64,000 nucleotides of DNA from Podarcis liolepis. Taxonomy: Eukaryota. Location of the stretch: the NCBI GenBank assembly GCA_965112155.1, contig OZ218098.1; one strand, 5' to 3'. This document shows positions 34,666 through 49,300 of the stretch, one piece after another; position 1 is the first letter of the stretch; each line of letters opens with the position of its first letter. Below the pieces are notes generated by a model. That model was given only the letters and a program-made list of their open reading frames with translations. It was not told the DNA's origin and did not search any database. Position numbers and translations under genes: made by a program.

Positions 34666-37599
34666 GTCAAACCTGGGGAAAAATTGACTTTGCACATTGA
34701 GACGACACTTTGCTGTGGTTTCCATGAACTGGAAGTGGGTGGAAGCCCTCAGCCTGGAAGCACCCGATGTGCCCGTCCAGGCCTCTCTAGGTCAGGCGTA
34801 CGCCATTGTGTATGTTTTATAGTCATATCTGTACATGGGATGTAAAATATGTGACTGTATAAAAGGGATCTCCAGCTTTCTTTGCAATTTTGATGGTGTT
34901 GAATTCTTTGCTTTGCCCAATAGGGCAGTCATGGTGAAGGGTGAGTGCTGGGAGAAACAATACTTTATAGAAGTTGGGAGGGAGGATTGAGCCTGGCTTC
35001 TGAAGAAGGGTCTTGGTATGAGAATAGTTACTCATAAGGTCCCATGCTTTCTAATAAGTCTGCAGTATTGGGAAATGGTCTTCCATGCTGAAAGTTGCAT
35101 CCAAGGACCTCAGGACAGAGTTTTGTGATGCACAAAGTACATTTTTGTGCTACCAGCCTTCTGCCTGATGCATTTAAAAATGAAGTTACTCGTTTCATAT
35201 CCACCTGGACTTAACCATCCAGGAGTCCTTTACCTTTACCATTTTTTACCCCAGACATTTGTGTTACTGTGGAATGATGTTCATTTTAATCAGACAGTGC
35301 TAATTTGCAAGAGCTGCTTTCTGCTTGCAGGAATTTCAAAATTAGCATGGAAGGTCTTGTATATACTTCTTGCCAGTGGCTGTAGTGGGAAAAGCTTGGC
35401 ATTTTCTTCCTTCCTTCTAGGGAGTGCAGGGACACATGTCAATCTTACTTGGAAGTAATCAGTTTGTTCCAGCTTGCAAATGATGAGAGCATTTGATAAA
35501 GCCTCTTTATGACAGGCCAGGAGCACTTAGCAGGTTGCTGTCTTGGAAACCCTTATGACAAAGTGAGTTTATAGCTGCACTTAATTGATTTTTGACATCG
35601 TGGTACTGTGCCGCAAGACTTTCTGGGCAGCTTTACTAAACTAAGCCTTGCCTTTCAGGTTCACGTACTTTCCACCCCTGCAGTGTTTTCTATGAAGATT
35701 GCTCATGACGTGTGTGTTCACTTTTGCTGAAAGGCAAGTTAGGTGCTGAGGCTGCAGAACACTGAGAGTTGTAAAAATTTTGAGCAATAAGGTCATGGCA
35801 TACTTGTCCACTTTTTAAATTTCATGTGTGTTTACTAACTCTAGTGTACACTGTGATATGCACAGATCACTCGCCCATCCTTTATTTCCCCATAAATGAT
35901 GTGTTTGAGACCAGAAATATTCATTCTGGGCAACAGAACTGGCACCACGACCTAGAGCCATCCTTTGCCTCCTAGTTTGAGCTGCTACTCCAAGAGCTGT
36001 GTTTTGAGTGTGAGTGTGTGATGCACAAAAAGAGAGTCTCCCTCTTGTTATTGTATATGCATATGGTTGCTGTGAATGAAAGATGTCCGCTGCTTTGGAA
36101 ACTCAGCTAAGCCCAGTCTTCCTCATTTTATGGTAAACTCTAGGGGTTTGTGTTTCTTCTTTTTCTGTAGCCCACAACATTTATGAAATGCTTTGCAGCT
36201 TTGATTATGTCATGGAATGGATGTCTTCTAACAGAAAATTGAGTAGGTACTGCCATTTCCTAAGAATTGCAAATTTAAGGTTGATTTCTACTGCTGTGGT
36301 AGTCTTAAACATTGCTTTTTTGTTCCTACATGCTCATGTTTTGCTTGTGGATTTCTCATTTCTCATGGGAAATGGGATGCTGGACAACATAGGACTTCTT
36401 TGCTTCTTTTCTATAGCTCTTCATTTCCCCTGTGTTTTAATCTTTATTCCCAACCTTCAGTTAGCCAAAATCTAAATTGTGCAATGAAACGAAGCCATGA
36501 AAATGTGCATAAATTACCCCATGGCAGAATTGTATGTCTCCTCAGCTCCCCGCTTTACAGTGTTTAAAACTCCCAGCATTCTAGGCACACCTTGCAACAG
36601 GGAATTTCAGACCATTTTTAACTTGTCTTTTTATTATTTTGATAAAACCAATTTGCATATGTAGGGTCTCGGCCCTTTACAAAGGAGGCAGTATTTGGGA
36701 AGTAAATGACATTCCATGCATTGCTATAGACATTTTTAGACATATATTGCATCTGTAAACATACCTGAGTTAAACAAAGATGTACAAGTAGGAGGGTTGT
36801 GGCTAGAGAACAAGACAAGCTGACTGGATGCATAGGCATGCTGTAAACAGGCAAGCTAGCTTGCAGGTAACTGTGTCACATCTGTCACAGCCAAAGTGCT
36901 GTTTCCACATGAATTAGGTTTTTGCTCTGTGAGACTCTAGCCCAAGGGCAGCCAACCTGTCACTTTCCAGATATAGTTGAACAACATCTCCCATCATCAT
37001 CATCATCAGCAGATAGCATGTTCAGTGGCCAGGTATGCTAGGAGTTGGAGTCCAGCATTGAGGGCATCATGCTGACTATCCCTGATCTGGGACTGGCAAA
37101 GTGCAACTGGCTTCCAGTGGGGTGCATACAGGGTGTACTTCAAATGATGAGGGACTACAACTCCCATCATCCCTGGTCAACCTGGCTAATGGTAAAGGAT
37201 AATGGGAGTTGTAGTTCAGCAGCCACCACATTGGCTGCCTCACTGCTCTAGCCCATTTAGACTTAAGATGGAGACAGCTTTTATAGTATCAAATTCCTCT
37301 TCTCTTGGCTACCTTAGAGTTGCGGTGAGTTATCCTGTCTTTTGATTTTTCAACCAGCAGGCCTCTGTAGTTCTGTCTGCTATTTCTGCTTCCCAGCAAA
37401 AATCATTCCACACAAAAGGGTTGCCTCTCAGAGGCAGAAGCCTGTGGCTGCTATGTGGAAGTTGTACACGCACTATTTTGTGTGACTGGATAATTTAACA
37501 ACTGAGCACAAAAGCACTGGAGTATACCTACTGCGAGACCAGACTAAATGGTAAGGAGCTGAGCCATGGCTATAGGGGCAAGCAACCTTGTTGTTTTGC

Positions 37600-38520
37600 C
37601 TTGGTAATGGACAGGATGAGAGCAAACAAACTGAAGCTTAATCCACCTAAGACTGAAGTACTGTTAGTGGGTGATTCCCTACACCGGGTGGATGGGAGGT
37701 TCTTGATGGGGATGCACTCCCTCTGAAGGAGCAGATACATAGCTTGGGGGTACTTCAGGGTCCTTTGCTGTCGCTTGAGGCTCAGGTGGCCTGAGCAACC
37801 CAGAATGCCTTCCATCAGCTTGGGCTGATGGCCCTACCCCTATGCCCCTATCTGGGCAGGGATAGCCTAACTTCTGTCATCTATGCTCTGATAACCTATA
37901 GGTTAGTTTATTGCAACGCATTATATGTAGGGCTGCCTCTGAAGATGGTTCGGAAACTTTAGCTGGTGCAGAATTTGGCAGCCAGGCTGCTCACTGGGGC
38001 AAAACAGGTTGAGCATATTACTTCAATCCTGGCCTGACTGCACTGGCTGCCAATTAGTTTCCAGGCCCAATTCTAAGTGCTGGTTTTGACCTATAAAGCC
38101 CTAATCGGCTGAAGACTGCAATACCTCAAGGACTGCCCCTCCCCACACAAACCTACCCAAACAATGTGATCATAATCTGAGGCCTTTCTTTGTGTGCCTC
38201 CACAAGAGGTCAATAGGGTGTCAACATAAGAACAGGCGTTTTCTGTGGTGGCTCCCTGTTTGTGAAATGCTCTCCCCCGGGAAGGCCACCTGGAACCTAG
38301 GTGCCAGGTGAAAACATTTCTCTTCAACCAGGCATTCAAGTGATTAGCATTCTGTAGCCTTTTAAATGTACGGTATTCGTGGGAGGGGAATTAATGGTTT
38401 GCTTTTGTTTACGTTTTATTATGCAGTTTGTATTCTCATTTTGTATTTTTCTACTGTGAACTGCCCTGGGATTTTTGGATGAAGGGCAGGAAACAAAACT
38501 AATTAATAATAACAGTAATA
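37600..38520 (+). mobile_element. L2 LINE 3' fragment (degenerate ORF2 C-terminus plus tail)
   Basis: Decayed peptides MRANKLKLNPPKTEVLLVG, LPLKEQIHSLGVL, HITSILA*LHWLPI..VLVLTYKAL, AFSVVAP; AT-rich (AAT)n tail. Confidence 0.85.
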
Positions 38521-40334
38521 AGAATTGTGCCACTGGGTACATTTTTTGAGGAAGTGCTGCGGGTCCAGTCACAAAATGGCTGCTGTAGGAATGTGGCATA
38601 ACAGAAAATGACTACCACATGACTAAGAGAACAGACAAGGAGGACCACAAATGGTACAGATAGCCCAGCCCCCCCCCAATCATTAGGGGGAGGAGGACAC
38701 GAAAAGCGTGTACAATCCGTATCTAATGAAATAGGGTTGAACAAGAAGCTCAAATAGTCTCTTGCACATTAGGGATTTTTGAGATGTTTGCTGAGACCTT
38801 TTTTGAGCACCATAGGAACTAGTTGATGCACTGTCACCTGTGGGTTCTGTGTTGGTGACCATTGTTCTCATCACATTTTTGTGGAGCTAGCATCTTAATT
38901 GCATCAGAAAAAAGGCGTTATGTTTATGGAGCCTTTGAGAATACCAAGGCATTCCTGCTGTGGAAGAATTCTTACTGAGGAGTCAGTTGTATGAATATTG
39001 TTAGTGCTGATGCAGAAAAAGACAAGCTCATCTATAAGAATCTTATCACTTCCTACTTGGAGTTGATTTAGAGGATGATTCGAGTCTAGCCAACATCTTT
39101 CTATATAAAGGCAGAATTAGACTGTCAGAGCTCCTTGGCCAACACATACTTGACAGGAAGCCAATGGTTATTGAGCTGAGAAAAGGAGTTGTTGGCATTC
39201 CTTCTATCTTTATGGCAGTCTTCAAGGAATCAGTGGGATAAGTCCTTTCTACTCTTTCCCTGAGGGCTGATAATCATAGGCACACAATGTACATCATTTG
39301 ATGGCTTCTACCTAGCTGTGCAAACTGTCTCCATTGGAAAGTATTGTTAGCGGCTCTGTGGAAGGCTTTCCATGTGCGATGTCAGTTTCCCAGATGCATC
39401 TTGTCAAATGTTTGCTAAGCGATAAACATCCATATATACAAGCACCCTATTAGCTGCTAACTGGGTGGTGGTAACGGGAGGGCTACAGCTAGGAGACGAG
39501 GAAGGGAAAATCTTGCAGTATATCAGTACCATTCAGATTGGGCAAGGGGAATAAATAGAGCAGGGTTTCCCCTTTCTCATGCAATCTGCAAGGAAAAAGA
39601 GCAGGTGGTCCAACAGCTTAGCTTATTCCTGTCTCTTTTGCTCAGTTAGAAAGAGGAGATGCCACAAGAATCAACACCGGAATCCTTTCTCGCTTCTCTC
39701 GGTTATTGCCAAATCTTGTCAGGAGCATCCAGGAAAAGCTTGATCAGCCACCTTCTGATGCTACTTTAAAGGTGGCCAGCAGACTGGACCTACTTCTGGG
39801 CCCAGATCAGGAGAGTTGCCCTTGAAGACAGGTGGAAAAACAAAGCCCTTTGGAAAGACTTGATGGTTGGCTGACGTTATTGAAAGAAATTCACCCTTCC
39901 TTTTGAATATCGTTAAGTCTGCTTTGGGGTAGGTCCCATTCGTGGCTGCAGTACCCTGTCCTGCCCTTTTTGCACAACGGAGGTAGATTTTAAAACTGAA
40001 CCATACGAGTGGACAGATATAGTTGGAGGGTCTGGGAACTGTGCAAATCACAATAGTTTAAATTCTTTCTTTAAAAAAATAGCAGCAAAATGATACAAAA
40101 CTGTTGGGTTGGGTTTTCGTTTTGAAAAAATAATAATAATATATATATATATATATAGTAGTGCAAAGTAACTTTTCAGTCCAGTGCTGCGTAGGAACAA
40201 GAGAGGCAGGCAGATGGAGTGGGGTATGGCATCCATTCTTAAGACAACTCTTGTCCCCTTCCCTCCCCTCCCCCCACATTCTCCAACCTAAATGGGGCAG
40301 AGAGGGAAGAGCTGTATTTGGAGACACAGTTGCT

Positions 40335-43300
40335 TTAGTCACTCTCTGTTGACAACTCCCTGATTTGGATATGGACAAATAGGGAGGCTGGTGGGATCCC
40401 CGTTCCATCCTTGGAAAGAAGGTGGATGTGGCGGTATCCTGCATGGGAGACAGACAAAAAAAAAAAAAAGAGCCATGCACAGTGTTTGAAGCTGCCTTGT
40501 GTTGAGTTGGGCCAAGGGTAACCAACCATGTTGTTGGGCTCCAGCTGCCATCAGCCTCAGCCAGCACGGCCAATCAGTGGCGTAGCGTGGGTGTCAGCAC
40601 CCGGGGCAAGGCAAGTAATTTGCGCCCCCTAACCTGTGGATTTGCGCCCCCTAACCCTAACACCCAGATGTTGCGGCCGGTGCGGCCGGCCCCCCCTGCA
40701 CCCCCCACGCTACGCCACTGCGGCCAATGGCCAGTGATTGTGGGAGCTATACTTCAACAACACTTGGAGAGTCCCATGCTTGCTATCCCTGAGTTAAACC
40801 ACTGGTCCATCCAGCCCAACTCTGCCTACTATAACCAGCAGAGCCCTGCTGGGATCCTAAAAACACACACAAACCAGGGCTCATCTGCATGCATAGCCTG
40901 TGCTCTCCTGCTGACCTCTAGATAATGCTACAGGCAGAGATATGAGTGTAGCCAAGGGGGGATCGGGGGGCAGCCACTGCCCCCCCAATCCACAAAAAAT
41001 ATTGAAAAGCATTGAAAGTACATTGAGGTTCCTGGCTACACCCATGGGCAGAGAGCACATTTGTCTCTATAGTCAGCTTTTCCTGGCTGTCTCTTGAATT
41101 TCCTCTGAATGGTTACAAATTCTGGGTTTCTCCCATTCCTTTGAGTAGATTTTTTTATATATATATTCTGCTTGTCCTGCAGCAGATGCATTTATTCGGT
41201 TGATCACAGCTACAGCCTGTAGAAGTGTGTATTCTAGCACCAATACAGGGCCCAGGATTTCTCTTCTCCACTAGATGGAGGCAACATGAGCTCCCTCCCT
41301 CCCCCTACAAAAAATAAAAATTAATGTATGTACACGGGATGGAAATGCAAAACTCTGCAGTGTGATCTAGGAGCAGCTACAAGTATGGTAATAACTAATA
41401 CTAAGGAAGCAAATCCATTGATTCTGAGGATGGAATAATACATATTCCTGCCCCCCCCCCCCGGCCATCCTGCAAAGTGAGTTGTACTTCTCATGGGGGA
41501 GAGTTAATTTGTGTGTTGTGATAAACGTCAGGCCTGCTTTGGGATTAAAAGTAAAAAAAAAAAAAAAGAATTCAGGGAGCAGCTGTATAGGTTTAAAAGG
41601 GCAGCATCTTTAACTGCATCTCAATCAAACTGATTGATTGAATCCAAGCTTACAATGCACTCCTGATTCCACCTACCTGGGTAAGCCTCATTGAACTCAG
41701 TGGGATTTACCGGTACTTCTGAGAAGACATGGTTAGAAGGGCCCTGGTAGTCATTAAGGGCTCCTCCACACTTCCACTTGTCTTGTGCTTGGAAAATAGG
41801 TCCAAGTGACTATTCCTTTGCCCCACTGCTTTCCCCTGGAAAACATGCTCTTTACTGCTGAATTGGAACAAATGGCAACTCAACGAAAACCTGATTGCTG
41901 TTTGGCTCCATTTACCAGTAAACCACAGGTTTCTCCAGGGGAAAGTGGCAGGGCAAACGGAGGTGTGGATGAGCCCAGAGTCTGGATCTAATCCTATGTA
42001 CTTTTGTGTTGTGCTGTAATCATAATATCCATGTGCTGATTTACTGAGTTGTTACAGTCTCTGTTGAAGGGGGTAACTTAGTCTGCCTTCCTTATGTACA
42101 CAAATAACTGTCTCTGGCTAACCTTGACTGACCTGCCAGGGATGCATTCGTCTCTTGATCTTGGCAGCATGCTCACCTGCTTTGACACTAGTAAGAGGTA
42201 GAGTGTACTGTCCCACAAAGTCATTCCGAGATGCCTTGTCATAATCCTCCACCACAAAGCGCAGAAGTGCCAGCTCTGGTACCCAAACCTGGAACTGAAA
42301 GGCCTCATTCCACTGTGGGTTAAAACCTATCCAGGGATATTAAAGTGAAAAGAGGGTGTTGTCACAGCACATAATCTGTATGTGTCCCCCAGCCTCTCTC
42401 CATCTTCACCTCCATAAAATCTCACACAACTTCCCTCTGCATTGCTGCTTCTGAGATTCCTAAACTGCTCTGGTCAGTTTATTGTCTAACCTCAAAAACA
42501 CCTGCCCTCTTTGCATCACTTTTCTACCACTCTGAATGGTCCAACTGGGCTTTTAGCATTTTCAGGAAAAAAGAGAGAAGATGCCTTTAAGTGGGAAACC
42601 AATGTCCCCACTGTGGAAGGACGTGTGGATCCAGAATTGGTCTCCACAGTCACTTACGGACTCATTGTTAAAACTATGTTTATGGAAGACAATCTTACTC
42701 AGCTACGAGTGGTCGCCAAAGAAGAAGGAAGAAGATATGCATATACTATTGTGGGACCTTGGTGGAGAATTTACCTTTTTTGCAAAGTTCAACTTCCTTT
42801 TCAAAATGACTATGCAAATTTCTACCCTGCCTGGGTGCGAAGGAAAATAGGAAAATGTAATGGAGAATGGACACATGTTAGTCATGAGGTGAAGCTTCAC
42901 TTATGTCAATGGGACAAATCGGCTGCAACTCATTTTGTTTTATTTTAATGTATTTATGGGCTGCTCTTTAGGTAAGACATTTCAAACTGGCTAAAATAAT
43001 AAATACAATACATAAGAACAGCATAAGAACATCATCACATACCAATCCACTGTTTTCAAAGAGGCTTAGTCATACAACTCACATTTGCTGGATTGTGCCC
43101 AGTGTGGTAGGCCACAGACATGGAAACCCAAGGCTTCCAAAGGTGGCTCATATGCCCTACACATGAGTTATTTGCTTCTTTGGGGCTCCAAGTCCCCCTA
43201 ATAAATCCTTCCCCTGTTACCTGTTTCCACCTCTGCTGCTTCCTTGTACTTTACCACCCCAGTTCTTACCAAAAACAAAAACATCACAATTTAAAACCAT

Positions 43301-46300
43301 GCCTGACATGCCTAGTATTTTAAGGACATTCATTCCTATGGAAGAATTAGGTTTTTTAAAATGTAGAATCTGAGTTCCCTTGGCACAGATAACACCAGGA
43401 TATTCATTCATCCTTAAGTAAATAAGAATGAGGGGCATCCATGTTGACACATGCATGAGGTCCACATAAAACCCCATCTCAGCAGTTCTTTACAATGACC
43501 AAGAGAATTGCCTCACCGTTATCATCAATATATTTGGTTTCTTGCTTGGCACTATCTGCAGGGATCCCATGAATCTCCACTCGCACTAGTGGATCGATGA
43601 TGGAGCCTTCTTTGCTGTTGGGCATCTTGGGGAGTTGCTGCCCACTAATGATCTGGAAGAGAAGGTTATGGTGAGCATAGAAGAGCAGTCAAGTCCATAT
43701 GTGCAAACAGCAATGTGTCAGCAACTGTACCCTGCAACTCACGCAGCTCAAAACAGTGACAAAGGAAGTTGGTCACTTCGGCATATAAGCCCAAAGACAC
43801 AAAGGACTTGGAACAACACTCTGCCTGCTTGATACAGTGGTACCTTGGTTTTCGAATGTAATCTGCTCCAGAAGACCGTTCGAGTTCTGAAACGTTCAAA
43901 AACCGAAAACTCAAAACGGAAGCCTCAAAATGAAAAACTCAATTGGGAAAACTCAAAATGGAAGCTGTGTGGGATGTTCGACTTCCAAAAAGTGCTCAAA
44001 AACTGAAGCATTTACTTCCGGGTTTACGACGTTTGAAAACCAAAACGTTCATCAAGGAGACGTTCGAAAACCGAGGTACCACTTTATCCCAAACTCAGCT
44101 TTCCCAACAGAAGTTGATCTTTGACTCAACCAGGTATAGGGGAACTTTGGCCCTCCAGATATGGCTGACCTACAACTCTCATCAGCCCCAGAAGCATGGC
44201 CAGTGGCCATGTTAGTTCAGCAACATGAGAGTCAAATATTCCCCACATCTGCAGTAGGATAGTAGCACTGAGTAGCTATTAAAAGATAGCAGGGTAGATA
44301 AAGCCTCTCTCTAGGTCGGACAGAAATTTTCCAAGATGGGGGCCACATTCTCTCATGGACATCTGGAAGAAGCTTCTTATTCCAATAAGCTTTTCTCTAA
44401 AATCCTAAAAGCCCTGTTAGGCTAAGGTATGGGCAACAAACTCACACAGTACCTTAATGGCTATGTTCAGGGGGCTACCATTCTCCCTGCTTTGGGGGTT
44501 CTCAGTACTGAAGGTTGTCTCTGGGTCTTTCATGAAGCTCGGCTTTAACACGTAGCCACAGCGGCCATTTTTACTGAAGAGCCCATCGCACAAGTCCATC
44601 TCTGTACCAGCCGTTTGAAAATTCAAGGCCACTGGGAGGAGGAGGAGGAGGAGACAGGAATCTTTCAGACCAGCAGCAATTGGAGGCAAACAAGAGAGCA
44701 GTCTTCTAGCTCTTGCTAGCTTCTTCCATACAAGGCATCTTAGAAATACAAATTAAAGCCCAAACTGCACACTGTGGAGAGAGGGCCATCAACCCACATC
44801 TCCCTAATAATGGGGGAGAAAACATGACATATCATTGTCTTAGTGTTTCCCTCCCTACACCCACTTTCACTGGCTGCAGCTTATCCCATTTCTGGATCTC
44901 TATCTTTCCTCAGTTCCTGCCTTTCGAATCCGCATTTGCAAGCTTGAAGAAAGCTGAGGAAACCAACATTCAGAAGAGTTGGGGGGAAAACCCTTCCCCC
45001 ATATAAGAACAGCCATGCTGTAAAGCCCAGTTTTGACTGCTAAAGCTTGGCAATAGCAGAATAAATAACTATTATTTATAAAGCACCACTTTGAACACCC
45101 TGAAGCACACTGTATATTTATTTTACATCTTGCCTTTCTGAACCCAGTGTGGCATACATATGGCTCCCAGACAGTCACCCCCAGACCTGCAATGTCGTAA
45201 CCTTATGTGCCTTCAGATGCTGGGATCAGGTTTACTTACTTACTTACAATATCCAAGGGTGGAACAGCTTGCTACTTCAGCAAAGTTTGCTGAGACACAA
45301 ATGCAGGAGGGGATTTCCAGGAGAGGATCAGTGTAGTAGGAGTAGTTAACCCTTCCCTAGATTGCCATCTTGCCAAAAATACTCCTTGGCATATGACAAC
45401 TCGTCCCCCTCCCAGAAAGCAGGATTCTGAGGCTAGGCAAATGAAGGGGAGGCAGCATTTGTGGGAATAAGTGAATAAATATAGCCCTGTTGGCTCAAAC
45501 CAAAGGCCTGTTTAGTCAGCCTCCTGTTTCCCACAATGGTCAATCAGATGTGCAAGTGTCTCTCTGTGTCTGCGTCTCCCTCTCGTTCCCCAGTGACTGC
45601 TAGTCAGAGGAAAGCTGCTGCTGATTCTCAGGTAGCAGTCAGACATTATGACTCATAGCCATCAGTAGCCTTATCCCCCAGCAGTTTGTCTAATCTCCCT
45701 TTTAAAAGCCATCTAAAGCCCCATCTGCACTTAAAGCAGTATCGCGCCACTTTAGTCCTGGCTTCCTCCACACACACACACACAATCCTGCACTCTGTTC
45801 AAGGTGCCAAGAGATGCTAGGAGACTCTATTCCGCTCACAATCCCCAAAGTTCCGGGGGAAGAGGGTCTGATGGCTAGACCACTCTGGGAGCTGCAGCTC
45901 TGGAAAAAACACACACAAGGGTGACTTCCTCACCCACCCACCCCTTAAATCCTTCTGGGGCTGGCATACCCAGCTGGCACCCCACATTCCACATTGCCTG
46001 GGGGTTGTAATTGGAGGAGTCCGTCCGCAGACCGCTGGGGAAGATGCGTGTCAGCTGCCAGGCATTATGGCGGATGAAGTCATTTCCTGCAGGAGGTAGT
46101 TAGCACACCAAAAGTTTAGAAATCTGGTATTTGGGGAACCCCGTCTCCAGTTATTAGTGCTTGGAGAATGTGACCCTCTGCAACTAAGTGATGTGTGTGT
46201 CAGAGAAACAGTTTGCATCCAGTTTACCTAAAATGTAGACAGAGAACATGGAATTTCTAGCCGGTTAGTTGAAATTAGGGTGCGCACCCCACCCCAATGC

Positions 46301-49300
46301 GTGTGTAGGTCTTCACAAACTGCTTTCTGGGAATTTGATGCAGAATTAGAGTAGCTTTGCTGCCTGCTTACAAGAGATTATTTGCTTCCACTATGCTGTG
46401 CTGGTATGTTCTCTGACCCAAAGGAAACTGAATCAGGGAGGGCTGCCTCTGACTTTCTGACTGCTTGGCAATATGGGGCAAAACATTAACATCTTAGTGT
46501 ATGTTGGGGAGGAGTCAGAGGAGTCACGGGCCCGCCAATGCACATTCCTAATGTCTTGCCTGCTGGCTGCCTCCATCCCCGGTTTCTCACCAGCCTCTCG
46601 GATGAGCTTGCGGGCCTTGGATTCAGCAAAGGAGGACATCTCGTAAGACTTGTAGTGGCTGCGGGAGTGCTGGAAGCTGTGAAAGGGCACGCTCTTGCAG
46701 TAGACAATGCAGTCAGAAAGCTCCTGGGAGAGGGACTGTTTGGCCTTCTGCAAAGAACGTGAGACCAACTTGTAAATGATGACCATGTGTACTGCAGACA
46801 CGGGAGTAAGATTGAGTCCCACACCTGCTAAAAATAGAATCAAAATATCAGGCTTAGTGGGGGGAAGGCTCCTTTTGCCTTTAACTGGTGAGGGGCAAGT
46901 AGAGTTTTGGCCCTGGGAACTTTACCTGTCTTTTGTTAGGAGGAGTCATACCTCAGCAGGGAGCCTATGCGCTTTGCATCCCTGGCATTTCCGATTTTTA
47001 AAAAGACTAATTTAAAACCCTGCCTGGGAGCTTGGAGAGAGCTGCTAGTCAGAGAACCCAATGGACCTGTGGTTTGACTCACATACAAAGGCAGCTTCAC
47101 ATATTCCTGCGATAGGAGAAGAGCCCCCTTTTGCTCCTGAGAAAGAGCCACCAACTCCAAATGATTCAAAGGCTGTAGTGCAGTGTAAGAAAGTTTGCTT
47201 TCTCTCCAGATCAGGGTTTCCGGGTTTCCCAGTAGAATCAATGTAGCTCACATTCTATCAAAAACTAACCTGTATGTGTGTATTGTCGTCAGTCACTCCT
47301 GCTTTTGCGGGCAGGTACCTCCCACCTGTCGGTATCTGGCAGGTGAGGTTCAAGTGCATATCGCTCTACCACACTAGTGCAACCATTTTTTAAAGCAAAC
47401 AAACATAGCAGTTGGGGAAATGATGGGGAAATGCATTGAAATTGAGGGATGAGCAAACGATTAATGGGAAGACGTATCAACACTTGGCTGGCAAATTGTT
47501 GCATAACCTCCCCACAAACACATTATAATGAATGCTCATAAAGACTGGACGTACCTTAACTGCTATGTGAACTTTGTGCAGGCAACTCCAGGATGGATCC
47601 TCAAAACATAGCTGCCACTACCTCTAAAGAGCCAACTAACCAGGGTTTCCATGTACCTTCTCTTTCTTCTTGTCTTCATTGCGCAGGACTTCTTCCTCTG
47701 CCTCTGGTCCCTCTTCCTCCTCCTCCTCCTCTTCCCGCTCAGGCGGCTCATTCAGATGCCCATTCAAATAATCCTCCAGGTGTCCAATCTTCTTCCCTTT
47801 CAGGATGATCTTGCCCTTCAGTTCCTGCATGAGGACACAGGGTGGGTCATATCAGGGCAGACATGATGATGCTTTGAGTTCAGGCGATGGGGAAGGGCCT
47901 CTAGCAACACCAGCTCAGCCAGGCTGTCCTGTAAAGCTCTGCCTTGCTCCACAAGTATGACAGCCTCTTAAATATGCTCACAGCAAACATCCTGCTCAAT
48001 TAAAGGTCCCCCGATGTCCTTTTACTCAATCTTTCACCATAATTTTAACAAAGTGTCCCCAATACTTCTCCCTCCAATACCTCTGTTCCTCCAGTGCTCC
48101 TTTCTGCCTTTAATTCTCTTCTTGAAGTTCCCTTTAGTGGTTCTGACAAAAAATGCTTTAATTCCCACAATAGCTCCTTTGGAACCCCCTCCAGTCCCTT
48201 CATCTGCCTTAACCTTCACCCCTCACCTCTGGCTCCTCCCCTTCCTATGGCCACCATTTCAATACATCAGACTAATACGTAACAGAATTTGGGTCACCTG
48301 AGTGTTAAAATAACAGTCCTAGGATTGCAGTCAAGCTCTGTAAGACCAGGTTAAGGAAAGACAATTGACAACACCATGTCCCCACCTCTGGTGAAGGCAA
48401 CTGCACTGGGACACGTCCATCAATGGTGGTGGTGAGGAGCTGCTCTCCCAGAATCCCCTTCAGCTGCTGGGCCATGATGTCCTGCTGCTCTATGCTGCAG
48501 TGGTTCTCAAGAGACAGGATAATGGGGTATTTAGAAGCCTGGGAGAATGGAGACATAAGAAGTTAGGGCAGTAATAGCCCTAAAGTGTGGGAGGTTGAAG
48601 GTGGAGTTTGATGACATAATGAGGGGAATAGAACTGTTTGAGGGATAGCGAGCCACCCTTAGGATTCCTGGAGACCAGACAAGTAGGATAGAGGGAAATG
48701 AAGCCACTGCTGGGATGTGGCAAAACTATGGAACCACAACCATTTGAAACAACAAGAAGGAAAGATGGCGTGCCCTATTTAAATCTAAAAAAGGGAGGGG
48801 TTTGGGGACAACTGGAACTAAAATTAGGCTCTCACAACTTTGATGTGCCGTCTGGAGGTTGGGGGAATTTAATCAAAAGTGACACCTTGAATTCGGCTGG
48901 ATAACAAATTAGCAGCCTTCACAATTCCACCCTGCTGACCCCATCCCTTGTGGAAGAAAAGGCCAACCTACCCGGAAGGCATATTTATCGAGGGTTGTCA
49001 CAACTTCCCGGAAGGGGATCTTAGAGGTAAAGGTATGGCCATGGTAGACAATGGGCTCCCCATTAGATCCGTCCCAACAGTCCACCTCTAGGCACCGGCA
49101 GCCCCGCTTCAGAGCCCTGCAGAGGAAAAGAAGGCAATTCATGAGCCCTTCTTAGCCTCTTGGTCTGTGAGTAGCACCCTTTGCTGCTAGCTTGAAACAT
49201 GGGGGTGGGAGAATCACTTTTTACAATGCCAAATCCTTTGAGGTAAAAAGGTTCTCAGGTCATACTTTGCCTGTGCTTGCCTGAAACCAGCATTGGTTGC

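Noticed and set aside
42511-42948. 145-aa plus-strand ORF in a PLCD4 intron
   Set aside because: It starts at a non-ATG codon and has no recognisable domain. The [12 protein letters not shown] segment looks more like a decayed L1/Tx1 ORF2 C-terminus.
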